Shown here one piece after another: positions 58,833-64,000 of a stretch of DNA of 64,000 nt (its first letter is position 1; each line of letters opens with the position of its first letter). This DNA comes from a virus. Where the stretch lies: positions 7,378-71,377 of IMG/VR virus record IMGVR_UViG_3300025140_000080. One strand, given 5' to 3'. A program made the translations under genes and the position numbers. The notes under the pieces are model-generated. The model searched no databases. It had not been told where the DNA came from and saw only the letters and a list, made by a program, of their open reading frames with translations.

Positions 58833-59105
58833 TTAATTTCCGTTACCTGAGCCTCTGGCAATGTGATTATCTAACTTGGTCTCAATACGTTCCAATGTAT
58901 TGACAATGGTAAAGATCGTTTCTTTATCTGTTTTTGTTTGCTGTAGATATCTAATATCCACCGTGTTTAATTCAATTTGTGTTGCAACCTTGCTGAATTC
59001 TTTACTAAAACTATATGTAAATGAAAACAGTGCAATTAAAATTGTCATAATTATACCAATTGCCCAAATCGGTACTTGCACATTTCTGTTAAGTCTGTCT
59101 ACCAT
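58833..59105 (-). CDS. single-TM coiled-coil protein (holin/XhlA-like candidate)
   Basis: TM helix then LERIETKLDNHI; late-type motif upstream. Confidence 0.4.
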   Translation of the reverse strand: MVDRLNRNVQVPIWAIGIIMTILIALFSFTYSFSKEFSKVATQIELNTVDIRYLQQTKTDKETIFTIVNTLERIETKLDNHIARGSGNGN

Positions 59106-59247
59106 GATAATAATTCCGTTTACTATAAATACGGAAAATACCTGAAAACTTCCCTAAGCTATGTTATTTTTTGACAAACATTAAAGATATTAACATATAT
59201 GTATAAATAACTCTGATGAATGTCAAAAAAAATAGTATTTACAGTGA

Positions 59248-59598
59248 TTACAAATCGATGGATACTTCCGACCTAACGATAATTGTATCAGCAAGCATGA
59301 CACCCTTACGTGAATTTGGCTTTTTACGTGTATGAAAAACATCGCAAAAAATTATGGCTTTATTATCCTTTCTTTTAAAATATTTTAGATACTTTCGGCA
59401 CAATTCAAGAGTTTCAATCGCATGAATACCTGTCAGGTATAACTTTTTTGAGCCATCTTTGTTGTAATCCTCATAGCCTGATTTTTTATTGGCTACCAGC
59501 ATGTCGCCAGAACGGAAAGATTTTTTCCTATCGTGAAATAAAAATTTATACGAGCCGTCTGATTGCTTCTCAACTATTTTATATGCTACGTCTATCAT
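59248..59598 (-). CDS. hypothetical basic protein
   Basis: Coupled to PurA-like gene. Confidence 0.55.
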   Translation of the reverse strand: MIDVAYKIVEKQSDGSYKFLFHDRKKSFRSGDMLVANKKSGYEDYNKDGSKKLYLTGIHAIETLELCRKYLKYFKRKDNKAIIFCDVFHTRKKPNSRKGVMLADTIIVRSEVSIDL

Positions 59599-60758
59599 AA
59601 ATCCATTGCATTTTCAAAATCACCTTTATCCGATTTACTTATGAATATATTTAAGGGTCTTATATTCAGAATAGAACCTATTAGTGACGGATACATGTGA
59701 GCTAATTTATCGCCGTTCATAATAGGTATGCGTTCAGGAACTTGATCCATGCATGTTATAACAAGATTCGATATGCTATAGTCATTATATACTTTATCGC
59801 ATGATAAAGCATATTTAATTGTCTGTAAATCCAGAGGTGCTTTCCTAAAACTACCTTGAAATTCGCCTTGTACGTTGGTTTCAAGAGGATTCTCAGCAAT
59901 GTATTGCACATCCATTCCCTCATTAATCATTTCACCATTACCATGACGAGTTTGATATGCACGTGTCATATAGTAAACGTTTGTTTCGCCAGTATGAACA
60001 CCATATTTTTTCATGATCTCAAAAGCATTTTTCGACGTTGTATTGCATCTGGTTACATTTGGAAAGAAACCATAATCCTGATCAAGCATGATACCTTGGT
60101 TTCCTTCGAATATTAAATGTCCAAATTGCTTATCATATATAACATCATTAATGCGAGAAACAAACATATGCTCATTTACAACATATTTGCAATCAAGCTT
60201 AAAATTATTTATCAGTTTCTCAACATAACCATCAGGATATTCGACAAAAGTGCTTTTATGATATATCTCGGCAATATGTTTCAATTTAATATCAAGAATT
60301 TTAGGAAATTTCAAATCTCTGGCATATAGCTTGAAATGATCCTCATTACGCTGAATAGTCGAGCCAAACCCAACACCAACACTGCCATGACGATTCTTAG
60401 TCTCTGACATACGATTCTTTAATATGTCGTATGGTGTTGTAACCATCGCATTATCGTTAATATATAGTGTCGGAAATACACCCATCTTCTTTAATGCTTC
60501 GCCCTCTGACCGTATGGCTGATGGATTCATCGTGCAATACTCTGACCAGTATGTTGGCACATCACTAAGAGTCCCTGACCCAAAATTTGAAAAAACATGT
60601 CTAAGATCACCCTCGACAACGGTATGACCTACTTGGTGTCCAGAACTAAATCTAACCACCAATGGACGTTCATTTTTATGTACCTTACATAGAAAGTTTA
60701 CCATACTTCCCTTACCTTCATCCCCGAATCCTAATCCGAGTACGACACTTGTTCTCAT
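59595..60758 (-). CDS. divergent adenylosuccinate-synthetase-like ligase
   Basis: GLGFGDEGKG, GHQVGHT, FEGNQG..LD.DYG.FP.VT, TRHGNG; aspartate-binding TTGRxR loop replaced by FQGSFR. Confidence 0.8.
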   Translation of the reverse strand: MRTSVVLGLGFGDEGKGSMVNFLCKVHKNERPLVVRFSSGHQVGHTVVEGDLRHVFSNFGSGTLSDVPTYWSEYCTMNPSAIRSEGEALKKMGVFPTLYINDNAMVTTPYDILKNRMSETKNRHGSVGVGFGSTIQRNEDHFKLYARDLKFPKILDIKLKHIAEIYHKSTFVEYPDGYVEKLINNFKLDCKYVVNEHMFVSRINDVIYDKQFGHLIFEGNQGIMLDQDYGFFPNVTRCNTTSKNAFEIMKKYGVHTGETNVYYMTRAYQTRHGNGEMINEGMDVQYIAENPLETNVQGEFQGSFRKAPLDLQTIKYALSCDKVYNDYSISNLVITCMDQVPERIPIMNGDKLAHMYPSLIGSILNIRPLNIFISKSDKGDFENAMDL

Positions 60759-60779
60759 ATTATATTATTTTACAGTTAA

Positions 60780-61277
60780 TTAACAAGAATAGGATATTTT
60801 CCAGTATCTTCCATCATTTAATGGAAATAGTAGAAATCCTGAATAATCATCCTCACAGCAACCCACTGTTTGCCATACCATGTTGTGATATTCGCCGTCA
60901 TCATCCTGACGCATATACCTTAATGATTTGGGGTTGTCTTTTTCGAGATAGAATTTATAACTCGGATATCCAGTATTAACATTGCTGGTTTCCACAACCT
61001 CAACATAGCCTACATGTTGCCAATACAATTCATCAAGATTCATATTATCTATGGAATAGTTTATATGATCTTTAACATAGTTGAGTTCAATTTGATTTAT
61101 CTCATTCTGTTCTTTATCAAATTGAATGAGTGAATCGAAGCAAAGCATTTCATCAACGTATGCCTCAATATTATTATCGTCATCGTCATCGAGACGAATT
61201 TCGTTACCATAATTAATGTTGTAGCTAATGTGAAAATCAGTGCAGCCATCGGTGTCAACCCAAAAGATATTATCCAT
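60780..61277 (-). CDS. hypothetical acidic protein
   Basis: 165 aa, directly behind early motif. Confidence 0.6.
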   Translation of the reverse strand: MDNIFWVDTDGCTDFHISYNINYGNEIRLDDDDDNNIEAYVDEMLCFDSLIQFDKEQNEINQIELNYVKDHINYSIDNMNLDELYWQHVGYVEVVETSNVNTGYPSYKFYLEKDNPKSLRYMRQDDDGEYHNMVWQTVGCCEDDYSGFLLFPLNDGRYWKISYSC

Positions 61278-61294
61278 GTGAAATGTTTTCTTAT

Positions 61295-61324
61295 TTATAC
61301 GTAAAGAAATATAAAAGGTTACAA
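61295..61324 (-). promoter_or_regulatory. early-type motif (PurA-like unit)
   Basis: Exact match. Confidence 0.75.
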
Positions 61325-61359
61325 AAAAGGCGATAATAAATGAATATTATCGCCTTTTT
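61323..61359 (-). terminator. intrinsic terminator after vWA gene
   Basis: AAAAAGGCGATAATA/TATTATCGCCTTTTT. Confidence 0.8.
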
Positions 61360-61375
61360 ATTTATTACCTTTTAA

Positions 61376-62299
61376 TTAAAGTTCAATAACGCCTGTATCG
61401 GTCTTTGAAATAGAATCGCCTGATTTAGACAATACCATCAAAGCATTCGTTACACTTTTTGAAGTCGCTGCATCGAATTTACTTGTTACTTTTTCCATGT
61501 CAATACCATTCTGCATAGCAATGATGGTTGCAATAGTTTCGCAAATCGTGGTATAGTCTTCAAGAACGATAAAATTCTGTCCGATCATCTTTTTCCAGTA
61601 ATTGAATACGAGAGTATCGTCTTTGTAACTGGTTTCATTCACATGAATATGGTAAACGTTATACATACGCTGTGCTTCTGCAAGCAACTGCTCGTCTGTA
61701 ACATCGTCAGCTTGTGGATAACCCATGACCTTTTTCAAACCAGCGGTGTCAATCGAAGTGTGACTACGTTCGTCACCGATTGTGAATAAGAAACCTTTTA
61801 CGCTTCTTTTCTCAAAGCAATCGATTGATGTGTGCCTTCCAGCAGCAAGCCAAGCTAATAGGTAACTCTCATGATTACCACCTCCGCCTCTACCTTCAAG
61901 GTACATTTTTGTGAGCCAGCTATCAATTAAAACTGTATCGGACTCAAATTGACCTAATTGAAGCGGTGAATTGTCGCTGATATGATCGCCAATTGCTCCG
62001 AATAGAACTTGTGGGTCTTTAATACCGTTGTCGATAATGGTGTTCATTAATCCACCAAGATTGTTTTTCACGATATTTTCGGGAACCATTCCCATGCTAC
62101 CAGTAACGTCAAGAAAGACCATTACCGCTAAAGATTCGGGATGCTCGTCACTATCCCTTGATTCTCTGTTTTTGTCAATGAGAACCTTCGGAGTCATATC
62201 AACTGATTCTTTGCTTGAAAAAATCTCAGTTGCTGACTTATACTTTTTCGATGAACTAATGCTTCTGAAAGCATCATCTGACCAACTTCCGCCTCCCAT
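61376..62299 (-). CDS. vWA-domain protein
   Basis: FLDVTGSMG (MIDAS), AIGDH, GGGNHESY, FTIGDE; N-terminal MGGGSWS. Confidence 0.85.
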   Translation of the reverse strand: MGGGSWSDDAFRSISSSKKYKSATEIFSSKESVDMTPKVLIDKNRESRDSDEHPESLAVMVFLDVTGSMGMVPENIVKNNLGGLMNTIIDNGIKDPQVLFGAIGDHISDNSPLQLGQFESDTVLIDSWLTKMYLEGRGGGGNHESYLLAWLAAGRHTSIDCFEKRSVKGFLFTIGDERSHTSIDTAGLKKVMGYPQADDVTDEQLLAEAQRMYNVYHIHVNETSYKDDTLVFNYWKKMIGQNFIVLEDYTTICETIATIIAMQNGIDMEKVTSKFDAATSKSVTNALMVLSKSGDSISKTDTGVIEL

Positions 62300-62436
62300 T
62301 ATGCTACTGGTTCAGGAGTTACGTCTGAAACTTCGCCAGCTACTGCTTCGTCTAATGTTTTTTCTACGAGAACAGCTTCTGCTGCATCGGCTTCCTCTTC
62401 GAAAGACTTAAATGTTGAATGATTTGGATTTCCCAT
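62299..62436 (-). CDS. 45-aa acidic peptide coupled to vWA gene (not in ORF track)
   Basis: MGNPNHSTFKSFEEEADAAEAVLVEKTLDEAVAGEVSDVTPEPVA; TAA overlaps vWA ATG; first ORF after early motif. Confidence 0.6.
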   Translation of the reverse strand: MGNPNHSTFKSFEEEADAAEAVLVEKTLDEAVAGEVSDVTPEPVA

Positions 62437-62479
62437 GATAAAAATTATTAAATGTAAATATTAAAATGTTGTTTCTATG

Positions 62480-62509
62480 TTATACGTAAAAGAATGTAAA
62501 AGGTTACAA
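62480..62509 (-). promoter_or_regulatory. early-type motif (peptide-vWA unit)
   Basis: Exact match. Confidence 0.75.
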
Positions 62510-62519
62510 CTTTCAGTGA

Positions 62520-62786
62520 TTATTTTTCATTCTTTTTATAAATATCAGGATAAATATCGTCCAATGAATCGTGAGCATCTGTTTTATTAATCATATCCGC
62601 TTCTGACTCTGTTAATTCAAGTTCGAAGTTACAAACAATCAGCATATATAATCTACCTGAGTTAAATATTTCCGTAATATTATTAACGATGATCTTACCT
62701 CTGTTAATAATTAGTGTGCAACTGCCATCCTCACATAAATCACCAATGCTCACTATTTTTACTTTATCGTTTATTCTTGCAATCAT
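62520..62786 (-). CDS. hypothetical protein
   Basis: 88-aa ORF. Confidence 0.5.
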   Translation of the reverse strand: MIARINDKVKIVSIGDLCEDGSCTLIINRGKIIVNNITEIFNSGRLYMLIVCNFELELTESEADMINKTDAHDSLDDIYPDIYKKNEK

Positions 62787-62789
62787 AGC

Positions 62790-63677
62790 TTATAAATCTA
62801 AGTCAAAAAATTTGGGTGGAAAATGCTTCTTTAATAAGTCTCTATATTTCTGATAAAGATCAACGGAGCAATCATGTTTAATGATGAAGAAATTCAGGAT
62901 ATCTTTATTAACAGATTTGTCCGTTTTCAATTTCATGCCAGCAGCTGATTTATCGCCGAGCAAATATAAAGCAATCTTTTTAGCTAATTCGAGATCAATA
63001 TCGCCAGTTGCGATTTTGTTCGTGAATAATGACGCTGGATACCACATCTTATACTTTGCCGAAACTGTTTTTGCCTTATTATTCAGTTTAGCCATGTGAT
63101 AAAATGTTGTGCAAATTATACCATGATTTACAGGGACTACAAAGATCGAAGTGGGATTAAAGCCTAAATGAGCGTAACCCTGATCTTGAATATACATTGA
63201 AAGTTCGAACAAACGGCTGAATATCCAGTTAACATGTTCCTGTGGTAATTTTTGATTGGTAAGCGGAACAGCACGATTCAATAGATTTATCGTTAATTTA
63301 TCTGCTGTTATGTCCATGCTTAATGGCATGTATTTCTGAAAATTAATTGAAGCTGCATCAGTTTTTTGTTTAAGGATGCGATAATTGCTGAACGATGCGG
63401 TGATTAGAGATTTATTCGCCGCATTTATCGGGTAAACAATCTTATCATCAAACACACGAAACTTACCAGCCTCATCTTCATACTCAACGCCATTCTCAAT
63501 AATATCCTTATATATATTCATTATAGACATTGCCTCACCCGACTTAGGATGCTTACAAAAATCTGGATGAATCATTTTTGAATACGTGATGTATGCTTTC
63601 TTCCATTCACTACCTGTGAAAATATCTGACGATTTTTTCGATGCAAGAAGCTTATTAATAATTTCAATATCTGTCAT
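62790..63677 (-). CDS. J-domain-like N-terminus + degenerate protein-kinase-like domain
   Basis: KKAY...SKMIHPD; QGYAHLGFNPTSIFV (HxD loop lost), ICTTFYH (DFG lost). Confidence 0.6.
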   Translation of the reverse strand: MTDIEIINKLLASKKSSDIFTGSEWKKAYITYSKMIHPDFCKHPKSGEAMSIMNIYKDIIENGVEYEDEAGKFRVFDDKIVYPINAANKSLITASFSNYRILKQKTDAASINFQKYMPLSMDITADKLTINLLNRAVPLTNQKLPQEHVNWIFSRLFELSMYIQDQGYAHLGFNPTSIFVVPVNHGIICTTFYHMAKLNNKAKTVSAKYKMWYPASLFTNKIATGDIDLELAKKIALYLLGDKSAAGMKLKTDKSVNKDILNFFIIKHDCSVDLYQKYRDLLKKHFPPKFFDLDL

Positions 63678-63699
63678 TCGCTCGTATTATTTTTCTTAC

Positions 63700-63729
63700 T
63701 TATACGAACTACTTTCTATTTTGTTACAA
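63700..63729 (-). promoter_or_regulatory. early-type motif (J-pseudokinase unit)
   Basis: TTGTAAC-N14-TTCGTATAA. Confidence 0.7.
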
Positions 63730-63874
63730 AAGTGTGCGACTAATTTGATAAAAAACAAATCCGTAAACTATCAACATTTTAGAGTTAATATTATTTTCTA
63801 TTTAATGTGTAAAATAATATTTTTTTCTGATTAATATAGTATTTATTTTTAATACGTAATTAATTTAAAATGAT

Positions 63875-64000
63875 ATGCTGATACAATTAACTCAATCTTG
63901 GAACGATGTAGCTTCTGGAAAATCTGTAGATGTGGATGATACAACAGGTTTAATCCTGATTAATAGTGGCGTCGCAATTCTTTTGGACTTGAATAATGCT
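63875..64000 (+). CDS. 3'-truncated hypothetical protein
   Basis: Open to right edge; GTATTTAT 63839-63846 upstream. Confidence 0.45.
   Translation, partial: MLIQLTQSWNDVASGKSVDVDDTTGLILINSGVAILLDLNNA

Noticed and set aside
59595-60758. PurZ (2-aminoadenine DNA) system
   Set aside because: PurZ has Ser where PurA has the catalytic Asp; this protein keeps GDEGKG. No DatZ/MazZ neighbours were recognised next to it.
757-63834. Many short antisense or nested ORFs in the ORF track (e.g. 757-1026, 17400-17633, 42647-42916, 59856-60979, 63586-63834)
   Set aside because: They lie fully inside or opposite well-supported genes and lack motifs or promoter support, so they are treated as shadow ORFs.
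1-64000. Stop-codon reassignment
   Set aside because: Long genes (1046-1332 aa) and enzymes are intact with code 11, gene packing is tight, and no suppressor tRNA was seen.

Overview
A 64 kb, AT-rich, gene-dense segment of a large myovirus-type (probably jumbo) phage genome read in the standard genetic code. The host is most likely a Bacteroidota: eight TTG-N19/20-TAnnTTTG promoters (two with a one-base variant), plus an SprB-like repeat in a virion protein. From 1 to ~36.9 kb the + strand carries baseplate/tail/head genes, glycosyltransferases and replication/recombination genes (RuvC-like, primase, ECF-like sigma, fused SbcD-SbcC). From ~37 to 63.7 kb the - strand carries many small early-type genes behind 12 copies of a rigid TTGTAAC-N14-TACGTATAA promoter-like motif. 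The blocks meet at a perfect bidirectional terminator (36944-36979). The main theme is a large RNA-repair toolkit: a CCA-adding enzyme/ART-like/2H-phosphoesterase polyprotein, a stand-alone CCA-type HD domain, a PTH2-like protein, Ro60, an R2K ATP-grasp, a small nucleotidyltransferase and RtcB. The best candidate for a new system lies just downstream of Ro60 (47139-47798). It is a separately promoted array of five covarying Y-RNA-like hairpins punctuated by tRNA-like elements. One hairpin is a circularly permuted 51-nt unit inserted between positions 28 and 29 of an otherwise perfect tRNA-Lys(CUU). A second notable module is a divergent PurA-like ligase + vWA + J-domain/pseudokinase trio with a 45-aa acidic leader peptide. 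All protein calls come from motif recognition by eye; no database search was run.
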